The notes below the pieces were generated by a model, which saw only the letters and a list, made by a program, of their open reading frames with translations, had not been told where the DNA came from and searched no databases. Positions 25,066 through 32,000 of a DNA stretch of 32,000 nt are shown piece by piece (positions within the stretch are counted from its first letter, which is position 1; every line of letters begins with the position of its first letter). This stretch comes from Kineococcus radiotolerans SRS30216 = ATCC BAA-149 (GTDB lineage: Bacteria > Actinomycetota > Actinomycetes > Actinomycetales > Kineococcaceae): positions 4,620,001 to 4,652,000 of the forward strand of contig NC_009664.2 in assembly GCF_000017305.1 (NCBI RefSeq). Reading direction: 5' to 3'. A program made the translations under genes and the position numbers.

Positions 25066-25131
25066 CTCGCGGGATACCGGCTCGCGACCGGTCGACCACG
25101 TCCGGCCTCGGTCACCGTGACGACGTCACCA
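25066..25131 (+). repeat. Cassette-boundary repeat 29 (terminal, degenerate)
   Basis: ctcgcGGGATACCggctcg is the core lacking one base. The near-palindromic box ggtcaccgtgacgacgtcacc lies at 25111-25131. This is the last recognisable copy before the replication region. Confidence 0.45.
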
Positions 25132-25233
25132 CCCCGACAACACCACAACCGCGACAACGTCACCGTCCCGGCCGCGGCGCTGACCCCGGCCAGCACGAAC
25201 CGCCCCGGCTGCTCGGGTGCGGCTGCTGGTGCG

Positions 25234-25274
25234 GAGCAGCACCTACCGGTCACGCTGGCCGGTAGGTGCTGCTC
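25234..25274. terminator. Perfect 16-bp inverted repeat (hairpin) at the array/replication-region boundary
   Basis: Arm gagcagcacctaccgg at 25234-25249, a 9-nt loop, arm ccggtaggtgctgctc at 25259-25274. It lies between convergent ORFs. No U-tract. Confidence 0.5.
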
Positions 25275-26166
25275 ACGCGGCGAGCCAGGCCGGTGGGTCA
25301 GCGCTGACAGAGGTGACGACGTGGCCGGGGGCGCTTGCGCGTCCGCTGCTGCCGGCGTCGTCCACAGCCGCCCCGTGGCTACCGCGCGAGTCCTCCACCG
25401 TCCTTGATGCCCCCTGCTGTCGAGACCGAGGATGAGCGGCCACGTCGCCAGCCGCGATGATGCACCGTTTCGACAGCCGCATTGATGCACCGTTCCGTAC
25501 CCGGTCCCCGACGCCCGCCTCGCGGGCCAGCAGAGCCGCGGTGTGATCAGCCGTGATGCAGTCTTCGAAGTCCGCGGCCGCGGCCAGCCCCCACACCACC
25601 GCCTGCAGCGACGTCCGCGACGGCGCTGGTCACTGCGTTCGCGGGATCGGGTGGATGGCGGCGTGGACGCTATGGGCCCAGCGCACGGCGAAGCGGGCCA
25701 TGTCACGGGGATCGGTGGGCAGGATGCGTACACGTTCACCCGTCAGCGCTTCGACCCCCACCGTTTCGGGAGGCATCGCCTCGGGGAGCGCCCCCTCGGT
25801 GGGCATCGCCTCGCCGATCACGGGGCTGCACCCCGCTGCTCATTGCAGCGCGGATCGCAGCGCTGGTGGTGGCGGGGCCTTGATGGCGACCCAGATGCGC
25901 GCTGCAGCCAGGAAGCGCAGCAGGCTTCGCGGCTGGGCGTAGACAGTGACCGCCTGCCCCCTCACGTATTGGGTCACACCGATGTCGGCGACGTCGACGC
26001 CGAAGGAACGCAGCTGCCCGGCGAGGGCGGCCGGCAGGTGCGCGGTGGGCGGCAACCTCACCAGTTCAGTCCGGATGGCGGGTGAAAGCTGGCGCCACCA
26101 GGCCGCCAGGGCGTCACTTTGTTGGTGCACTGCACAGGTCTCGGCGCAGGTGGAGACTTGCTTCAC
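25273..26166 (-). pseudogene. Possible decayed gene: three co-linear same-frame ORFs separated by single TGA codons
   Basis: ORFs 25840-26166, 25630-25821 and 25273-25599 share one frame. The gaps are 18 and 30 nt. The TGA codons are at 25840-25842 and 25630-25632. GC3 is high in this frame. No family recognised. Confidence 0.3.
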
Positions 26167-26374
26167 GGCTACTCACCCACCCGGCGGGTGCGCCTCACCC
26201 AGACAGACGGAGGCGAAAGGCCGGCGTGCGCGAGGCCACCGCGCGCTCGAGGCCACCGCGAGGTCGAGACCTCGTGAGGAGCCCACGGTGAAGACGCGGG
26301 GGCGAGATGCATGCGATGTATGCGCTCAGTGGGGGATGGGTCACGGAAGCGACGGATCTCGTCCTAGACGGTCT

Positions 26375-26407
26375 GAGGCCCCGCACCCCCCGAGGGTGCG
26401 GGGCCTC
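26375..26407 (-). terminator. GC-rich 14-bp stem-loop downstream of hup
   Basis: Arm gaggccccgcaccc, loop cccga, arm gggtgcggggcctc. It lies about 90 nt after the hup stop. No clear U-tract, which is common in high-GC actinobacteria. Confidence 0.55.
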
Positions 26408-26495
26408 ATACTCCCGCTCGACCCGCCCCGGTTCGTGTCAGATCAGTTCAGATCAGTCTGCGGTGACTACGCCCGGTGCGTACGGCGGCTACAGG

Positions 26496-27053
26496 TCAGG
26501 CCTTCTTGGCGACCCGACGGGTGGTGGTCTTGGCCGGGGCCGACTTGCTAGCAGCAGCCGTGGTGCGAGTCGTCGGAGCTGCCTTCTTCGCCGCAGCCGT
26601 CGTACGAGCCGGGGCGCTCTTGGCGGCGGTCTTCGTCGCAGCCGTTCCCGCAGCACTGGTGGTTCGTGTACCCGACGCCGTGCGGGCCGGGGTCGTCGTC
26701 TTGGCGGCGGCCGTCTTCGCGGCAGGTGCGGTGCCGGTGGCCTTGGCCTTCAGCTCCGCCTGGTAGGCGCGCAGGGCCTTGGTGTCGGAGACGACTTCTT
26801 TAAAGGCGGTGCCGGGGCGGAAGCGCGGCACGGAGGTCTTCTTGATCTTGACGGCTTCGCCGGTGCGGGGGTTGCGCCCGGTGCGGGCGTTGCGGACCTG
26901 CTTCTCGAAGGTGCCGAACCCACTGATGGCGATCTTGTCGCCCTTGGCGACGGTGAGCTGGATGAGCTCGATGACCGCCTCCACAGCGGTGGTGGCTTCC
27001 TTGCGGCCGCCGAGACGTGTCTCGAGGGCGTCGACCATCTCTGCCTTGTTCAC
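26496..27053 (-). CDS. hup: HU-family histone-like DNA-binding protein with a long Ala/Lys/Thr-rich C-terminal tail (Hlp/HupB/HupS type)
   Basis: The N-terminal 90 aa (MNKAEMVDALE...GFGTFEKQVRNARTGRNPRTGEAVKIKKTSVPRFRPGTAFK) form a canonical HU fold. The tail has AAKK/TTAAK repeats. GGAGGA precedes the ATG. Confidence 0.9.
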   Translation of the reverse strand: MNKAEMVDALETRLGGRKEATTAVEAVIELIQLTVAKGDKIAISGFGTFEKQVRNARTGRNPRTGEAVKIKKTSVPRFRPGTAFKEVVSDTKALRAYQAELKAKATGTAPAAKTAAAKTTTPARTASGTRTTSAAGTAATKTAAKSAPARTTAAAKKAAPTTRTTAAASKSAPAKTTTRRVAKKA

Positions 27054-27386
27054 GGGGGTTCCTCCTGCAGGTGGGGGGTGGGACCGGGTCGTTCGGGTCG
27101 TCGGGAGTTGGGCAGGAGCCCGACAGGGGAGACGGTACGACTGTTGATCACTTCCCCGTCATAGGAGGGCCTCACCGGCGTGGCGCGGAGTCGTTGCGAC
27201 ACAGACTGCCTGGCCTCGTAGCGCAACCCCAACGCCTGCAGGACAGTCTTTTTCGAGGGGCTGCCCTCGTGCACTGGCTGTGGGCTGCCCCTTATCCATC
27301 CGTCCATGACGCACGACCACGGACCCGGTGAAGCCACCGCATACCGGAATGGGCTGTCAGGTGAGCATCGACCTTGCCACAAGTCG

Positions 27387-27494
27387 GCCCATGACTCAGC
27401 CCGTGACCCAGCCCGTGACCCAGCTCGTGACCCAGCCCGTGACCCAGCTCGTGACCCAGCCCATCACCCGGCCCGTGACCCAGCCCATCACCCG
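27387..27494 (+). repeat. 9 x 12-bp tandem direct repeat in the origin region
   Basis: Units gcccgtgaccca, gctcgtgaccca and gcccatcacccg lie head to tail. They fall in non-coding DNA between hup and repA. The track ORF reading VTQPVTQL is judged non-coding. Confidence 0.8.
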
Positions 27495-27654
27495 GTCCGG
27501 CCCCGGCCTCCCCAATGGGCCCGCAGCCGGCTCAAAGCCGGCCCCAAAGTCACCCCGCGACGCATGCCGCCTCATCGCCGCCAGCTGCCGCGCTCGCAGT
27601 GACCCGTGCCGTCCGCGAGCTGTACCCAGCGCTCGATGTTCACAGTTGGCGCTG

Positions 27655-27700
27655 ACGACTACAGGTAAAGATGTACAGGAAGAAGCTACAGGGGGACCCA
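27655..27700. other. Lowest-GC patch of the window with 3 x TACAGG (candidate unwinding or architectural-protein site)
   Basis: Sequence ctacaggtaaagatgtacaggaagaagctacaggggg. TACAGG occurs at 27660, 27674 and 27687. Confidence 0.4.
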
Positions 27701-27736
27701 CCCACACCGCCGCTGACCTGCGACGATGCTCATGGG

Positions 27737-27823
27737 GGCGGCGCCAAAAATACGTAACGGCGGCGCCAGAAATACGTACCCTCCCGCACAAGCACCCCAC
27801 CCCAGGCGGCGCCAGAAATACGT
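27737..27823 (+). promoter_or_regulatory. Three 19-bp iterons upstream of repA
   Basis: ggcggcgccaRaaatacgt occurs at 27737-27755, 27759-27777 and 27805-27823 in direct orientation, about 350-440 bp upstream of the repA start. Confidence 0.75.
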
Positions 27824-28175
27824 GGACCGCTCCCACCGTCCACCCCCACCTGTGGACACCCACGAGCCCCTCAGCCCGCCCACCAGCACCCCCTCAGCGC
27901 ATCCGTCCCCAGGCTCACCACGGCGCTCGCGAACGCCCGCACCAAGGTCGAGTACCGGTCTGCGATCGCTGTCCTCACCAGGTGAGGACCAAGGCGTGGT
28001 CAGGGCGTAGGCAGGGCGTAGAGAGAGCTGGCTAGGCCGAGCCACCACCCTGACGCCTGGATGGGTGGGCACACATGGGCTTCTCGTCGGGTGTCTCGTA
28101 TGGGGCAGCGGTCGCGCGTCAACACGCTTCCCGCTGGTGCGTGACCAGCAGGCGCCCACGTGGAAGGCTGATGTC

Positions 28176-29252
28176 GTGACCTCCCGGCCTGGTCGGCCTC
28201 CACGCGACGACCTCGCCTGGCTCGATGAGGCCGCCCAGCTGTGGGACCAGGCCCACGCCGACATCGGCTACCTCGCCCGCGTCTTCGCCCAGACGTCTCT
28301 GCCTTACCGCGACCCCGGGGACCTGCCCGTGTGGCAGCGCCGCAACGGTGGCCTCACCCTCACTCTGCAGCCCAATGTTTCGCTGCTGGACCCGGACGGG
28401 GTGTAGGAGTTGATCGGCTACCCCTACAGGACCCTGCCGCGGTCGCTGCTGGCGTGGCTGACGACGGAGGCGGTGCGGACGAAGAGCCGCACCATCCCGC
28501 TGGGGGAGTCCCTCAGCGACTTCTGCCGGCAGTTGGAGCTGCCCATCACCGGGCTGCAGATCCGCCGGCTGAAGGACCAGGCCCGGCGGTTGTTCAACGC
28601 CCGCCTCTCCGTGCACTACGTCGAGCACCTCGACATCAGTACAGAGACCGACCCGTCCCCGCGAGGACAGCGTCGTCAGGTGCGTCAGGAGGCGGGGCAG
28701 AACCTGCTCATCGCGTCTCGCTACGAGCTGTGGACCACCACCCAGCGCAACGCCAAAACCGCCGACCCTGTCGAGGCTGCTGGGCCAGCCGGCAAGCCGG
28801 CCACCCGGCAAGGCGCCAAGGCCGCCGCCCCGCGAGGTGCGAAGCAGACGGCGGTAGCGGCCGAGGTGGCACTGCCCTCCAGCGTCACCCTCAGCGCGGA
28901 GCTGTACGAGGAAGTCACCCACCGCCCCGTCCCCGTCGACATCGGCGCGCTGCGGCTGCTGCGCGGCTCCCCGTTGCGCTTGGACGTGTACACGTGGCTG
29001 ACGTACCGGATGAGCTACCTGCGCAAGCCCGTGGTCGTCACCTGGGAGCAGCTGCGGTTCCAGTTCGGCACCCAGGTGTCCACCCCGCGTGGCTACCGCC
29101 ACTTCCGCGCTGACTTCTCCGAGGCCCTGCGGTGGGTGCTGGCCATCTACCGGGAGGCGAAGGTCGATGAGGTCGCCAACGGCATCCGCCTGCGACCCTC
29201 TCCTCCGCACGTGGGTCGTGGCAAGCGGCCGGCGCTCAACCAGCGCACCTGA
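28176..29252 (+). pseudogene. repA: Plasmid replication initiator RepA (RepA_C family) interrupted by an in-frame TAG
   Basis: The upstream part (...YLARVFAQTSLPYRDPG...LTLQPNVSLLDPDGV) and the downstream part (LIGYPYRTLPRSLLAWLTTEAVRTKSRTIPLGESLSDF...LDVYTWLTYRMSYL) are in the same frame. TAG lies at 28404-28406. GTG at 28176 follows GGAAGG. Confidence 0.75.
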
Positions 29253-29388
29253 GCACCTGAGCACCTGAACCCCTCGAGCAGAGTCACGGCCCGCTGTCGT
29301 GGCCCACCCCGGCCTCACACAAGCGCCAGAGCAGAGGCGACCAGGGACCATGCTCCTGCTTCGCCCCACGGCAACGCCGCGATAACAC

Positions 29389-29436
29389 GGCCGGCGGGAC
29401 GGCCGGCGGGACGGTCGGCGGGACGGTCGCCGCGGG
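29389..29436 (+). repeat. About 4 x 12-bp tandem repeat downstream of repA
   Basis: Units ggccggcgggac, ggccggcgggac, ggtcggcgggac and ggtcgccgcggg. Confidence 0.65.
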
Positions 29437-29627
29437 CGGTGACTGGATGGGGGCGGATTGTTTAGGTGGCGGCGGGAAAGCTTGTGGAGGTGGTGTAACG
29501 GGGACGGGCGCGGCTACGTCCTCCTCGTGTCGGCTTCCCCACCGCGAAGACCGGCGAGGAGACGACCAGGAGCGCGCGGACCCACCGAGGCGCTTGACCT
29601 GCACACTGTGACGAAGGGGCTGACACG

Positions 29628-30449
29628 ATGCCCGGATCAACGGAGACCGACGGCGACGACCCGCTGGTCCGCGCCCTGCGCCGCCACGACCTATCCGATC
29701 ACCCGCTGGGGACGGAGGAGCTGCTGACCGGCGCGCGCCGGCGGGCCGGGCGCATCCGCACCCGCCGCCGCGCCACGCTCGCCGCGTTCGCACTGGTGGT
29801 AGCCGTACCGACCGGAATTGGGATCCTCGGCGACGGGTTCGGCGCCTCGCCGGACCCGACGGTGATCGCCGGTCCCGCCCCGAACGGGCGCCCGCAGGCC
29901 CAGCCGGTCGCGGCCACCGACATGCTCGACGACGAGACCGCGACCGCGGTGCTGCCCGGGGCGACCCGCGACAGCGGCACCGTCGAGGAGTTCGGGGCGG
30001 ACGTGAACGCTGGGTTGTGTGTGGACGAGGTGTTCGCTGCGGCGACCTTGCTGGGTGGGCGCAGCGTGACGTGGGCCGTGCCCGGCGACGACGCGCGACA
30101 AGTCGTCTCCCAGACCGTGCGCCGCTTCGCCAGCGACGGGGCGGAGGACTACGTGCAGGTGGCTCGTGACCAGATCGCCGCGTGCGAGGCCGGTTCGCTT
30201 CCCGATCTGGAGACCACCGCCTGGACCATGGTCGGTGACGGCAGCACCGGCCCGGACGTCGTTACCGCCTACGCGAAGGTTCAGGACATGGAGGGCGGGT
30301 CGCTGTGGCGGGTGCGGGCGGTGCTGGAGAACGACGGGATCGTCGTCGACGTGAGCGCCGACCTCGTCCGCACCGACCCCGATGTGCTGTCGTCGACAGC
30401 GGCCGGCCTGGCCGACGCGGGCCTGAAGAAGCTCACCGGGCCGCAGTGA
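29628..30449 (+). CDS. Membrane-anchored protein of the type usually encoded next to SigE-family sigma factors
   Basis: ATG at 29628 follows GAAGGGG. The N-terminal Arg-rich segment and single TM helix (LAAFALVVAVPTGIGILG) parallel the 5188-5856 product. Confidence 0.6.
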   Translation: MPGSTETDGDDPLVRALRRHDLSDHPLGTEELLTGARRRAGRIRTRRRATLAAFALVVAVPTGIGILGDGFGASPDPTVIAGPAPNGRPQAQPVAATDMLDDETATAVLPGATRDSGTVEEFGADVNAGLCVDEVFAAATLLGGRSVTWAVPGDDARQVVSQTVRRFASDGAEDYVQVARDQIAACEAGSLPDLETTAWTMVGDGSTGPDVVTAYAKVQDMEGGSLWRVRAVLENDGIVVDVSADLVRTDPDVLSSTAAGLADAGLKKLTGPQ

Positions 30450-30496
30450 GCCTCACCACCCGGCCCGCGACCCGGCCCGCGACTCTCGTCCGAGGG

Positions 30497-30817
30497 GTGG
30501 CCGGGGTGGAACTGCGCTATGAGGAGTTTGCCGCCGCTCGCGGACTGGCGCTGTAACGCCTGGCCCGCGGCCTGCTGCGTAATCCCTCCGACGCCGAAGG
30601 CGTCACCCAGCGCTTCCCTGGCCGCGACGCGCTGCTCGCCGCGGTGCGCACGCTGCCGACCAAGCAGCGCTCGGTGGTCGCCCTGCGCTACCTCGACGAG
30701 ATGGACGACGAGCGCATCGCCGACATCCTCGACATGACCACCGGTGCGGTGCGCGTCAACGCCAGCCGCGGGCTGGCGACCCTGCGCGCGGCCATGAAGC
30801 TTCCCGCACCCGTCTGA
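30497..30817 (+). pseudogene. Remnant of a SigE-family sigma factor (in-frame TAA and internal deletion)
   Basis: The frame reads ELRYEEFAAARGLAL, TAA at 30554-30556, RLARGLLRNPSDAEGVTQ, then directly region 4 (LPTKQRSVVALRYLDEMDDERIADILDMTTGAVRVNASRGLATLR). Most of regions 2-3 is absent. Confidence 0.55.
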
Positions 30818-31104
30818 CCCCCGCACCCGTCTGACCGCCGCGACGGTCAGGCCTGGGCGCCGTCTGACCTGCTCCGAGTCGCTGCCCGCTGTGAAGCGGC
30901 CTTCCCCGGACGGTGAGTTGGCTCCTGCCCGCGGCCCTCCAAAGCACCTCCGCCTAGTGCCATCGCAGAGATCAACCACTGGGACGAACCTGCTTGAAGT
31001 GCATGTAACAGCCACGCCACCTGATGCGTCTGACCCAATGACGGAGCCGGACACGCAGACAGTGCGACCGAACCTCCGCACCCGTTCGAAAGGTCACAAG
31101 CACC

Positions 31105-31956
31105 ATGAGCACCCAGCACCGCAAGGTTGTCACCGCCGGTGTCCTCACCGCCGCCGCGCTGCTCGCGGGCGCCGGCGTGGCCAGCGCCGCCGGCCCGGTC
31201 ACCGGCACCGGTACCGGCTCCGGCGCCCACGGCGTCCCCGCCGCCACGGTCATCCACTTCGCCCACGGCGCCACCGCTGCCAGCGTGAAGGGGACGGTCG
31301 GTCCCGGCGAGGACGACCGCTACGTCTTCGACGCCAAGGCCGGGCAGACCGCCAGCTTCCACCTGGCCCGCTCCACCTCCGCCCAGACCTGGACCCTCGT
31401 CGGCCCCACTGGTCCGGCGGTGCACGACGCGCACAGCTCCCGGCAGTCGGACTTCACCTACCGCCTGCCCGAGACGGGGCGCTACTACGTGGACATCGTC
31501 TCCACCCGCCCCTCCAGCTACCGCCTGGACCTGTCCATCCCGGCCAGCACCAAGCCCGCCAAGCCGACCAAGCCCGCGAAGCCCAGCACGGGCACCGAGC
31601 CGGGCAACGGGGGTGGGGTGCACGGGGACCTGCCGGTGGTGGCCGAGGCCACGAAGATCGACTTCCCGGCCGGTCGCACCAGCGCGTCGGTGACGGCGAA
31701 GGTCGGCCCGGCCGACCGCGCGGCGTACACCTTCGAAGCGAAGGCCGGGCAGCGGGCGCGGATCCAGCTCGACGGGTCCTCCACGGGGACGTTCGCGCTG
31801 ATCGCCCCGGACGGGACCCCGTTGCACACCACGAAGAGCCGGAACCAGAGCGACGTGACGGTGAAGCTGCCCACCAGCGGTCTGTACCGGATCGACGTGC
31901 AGGACGCGGTGCACACCGGCACCCAGCAGGTCACCTTGACCCTGCCCCGCCGCTGA
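31105..31956 (+). CDS. Secreted protein with two tandem beta-rich domains joined by a PAKPTKPAKP linker
   Basis: Signal peptide MSTQHRKVVTAGVLTAAALLAGAGVASA. The two roughly 95-aa halves align (GxxxASVxGxVGPxxxxxYxFxAKAGQ...YRxDxxx). Confidence 0.7.
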   Translation: MSTQHRKVVTAGVLTAAALLAGAGVASAAGPVTGTGTGSGAHGVPAATVIHFAHGATAASVKGTVGPGEDDRYVFDAKAGQTASFHLARSTSAQTWTLVGPTGPAVHDAHSSRQSDFTYRLPETGRYYVDIVSTRPSSYRLDLSIPASTKPAKPTKPAKPSTGTEPGNGGGVHGDLPVVAEATKIDFPAGRTSASVTAKVGPADRAAYTFEAKAGQRARIQLDGSSTGTFALIAPDGTPLHTTKSRNQSDVTVKLPTSGLYRIDVQDAVHTGTQQVTLTLPRR

Positions 31957-32000
31957 GACACCAGGCGGCAGTGAAGACGCACGCACCGCGATCTCTAGAT

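Larger units (their letters stand above)
1..25131 (+). other. Integron-like gene-cassette array (partial, continues upstream of the window): about 30 gene units separated by co-oriented conserved boundary repeats
   Basis: Core GCGGGATGACCG or a close variant occurs at about 35 positions in 29 intergenic loci, all on the + strand, whatever the orientation of flanking genes. One unit is duplicated with breakpoints in the cores. No recombinase gene is seen in the window. Confidence 0.6.

Noticed and set aside
1-25131. CRISPR array interpretation of the regularly spaced repeats
   Set aside because: The spacers are 0.3-1.8 kb and contain full genes. The repeats are 30-130 bp with variable centres. 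No cas genes are visible.
1-25131. Canonical integron (intI, attI, attC)
   Set aside because: There is no GTTRRRY/RYYYAAC core pair, and the conserved boxes are direct rather than inverted repeats. No tyrosine-recombinase ORF lies in the window. Only the overall cassette logic is integron-like.
1-25131. The repeat as a promoter, 5' leader or terminator of the cassette genes
   Set aside because: All copies are on the + strand while about one third of the genes are on the - strand. For those genes the element would be antisense and on the wrong side. I saw no consistent -10/-35 or U-tract.
26231-26274. Direct repeat cgaggccaccgcg x2 and palindrome cgaggtcgagacctcg upstream of the 26166 ORF as an operator
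   Set aside because: The repeats are short, the palindrome has only a 2-nt centre, and the downstream gene is itself doubtful. Noted only.
27328-28035. 235-aa + strand ORF containing VTQP/VTQL repeats
   Set aside because: Its repeat part is the 12-bp tandem array of the origin region. The remainder is Pro/Arg-rich and spans the iterons, so it is judged non-coding.
20732-30817. Stop-codon reassignment or selenocysteine to explain the in-frame stops
   Set aside because: TGA, TAG and TAA are all involved. The same codons terminate neighbouring intact genes, and no SECIS-like context was evident. Pseudogenisation or sequence error is simpler.

Overview
High-GC, Actinobacteria-like DNA with GC3-rich coding frames and many spurious antisense ORFs. 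About 1-25.1 kb is one unusual structure. At least 29 conserved intergenic elements of 30-130 bp all sit on the + strand and share the core GCGGGATGACCG, often followed by TGACGTC. They split the region into about 30 mostly single-gene units whose genes lie on either strand. One whole unit of 835 bp is present twice, with identity starting and stopping inside the flanking cores. I read this as an integron-like or rAID-like gene-cassette array. No integrase or canonical attC is visible in the window, and the array runs off the left edge. The cargo looks like resistance or detoxification functions (two APH-type kinases, GrpB, DinB, NUDIX, MOSC, pentapeptide repeat, MarR+MFS, ABM), immunity-like proteins, an ECF sigma module and small membrane proteins. 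Downstream lie an HU/Hlp-type histone-like gene, a plasmid-type origin region (9 x 12-bp tandem repeat, 3 x 19-bp iterons, a low-GC patch) and a RepA_C-type repA with an in-frame TAG. These are followed by a membrane-anchored protein, a decayed sigma remnant and a secreted two-domain protein. Several genes between 20.7 and 30.8 kb carry frameshifts or nonsense codons. All family assignments come from motif recall, not from database searches.
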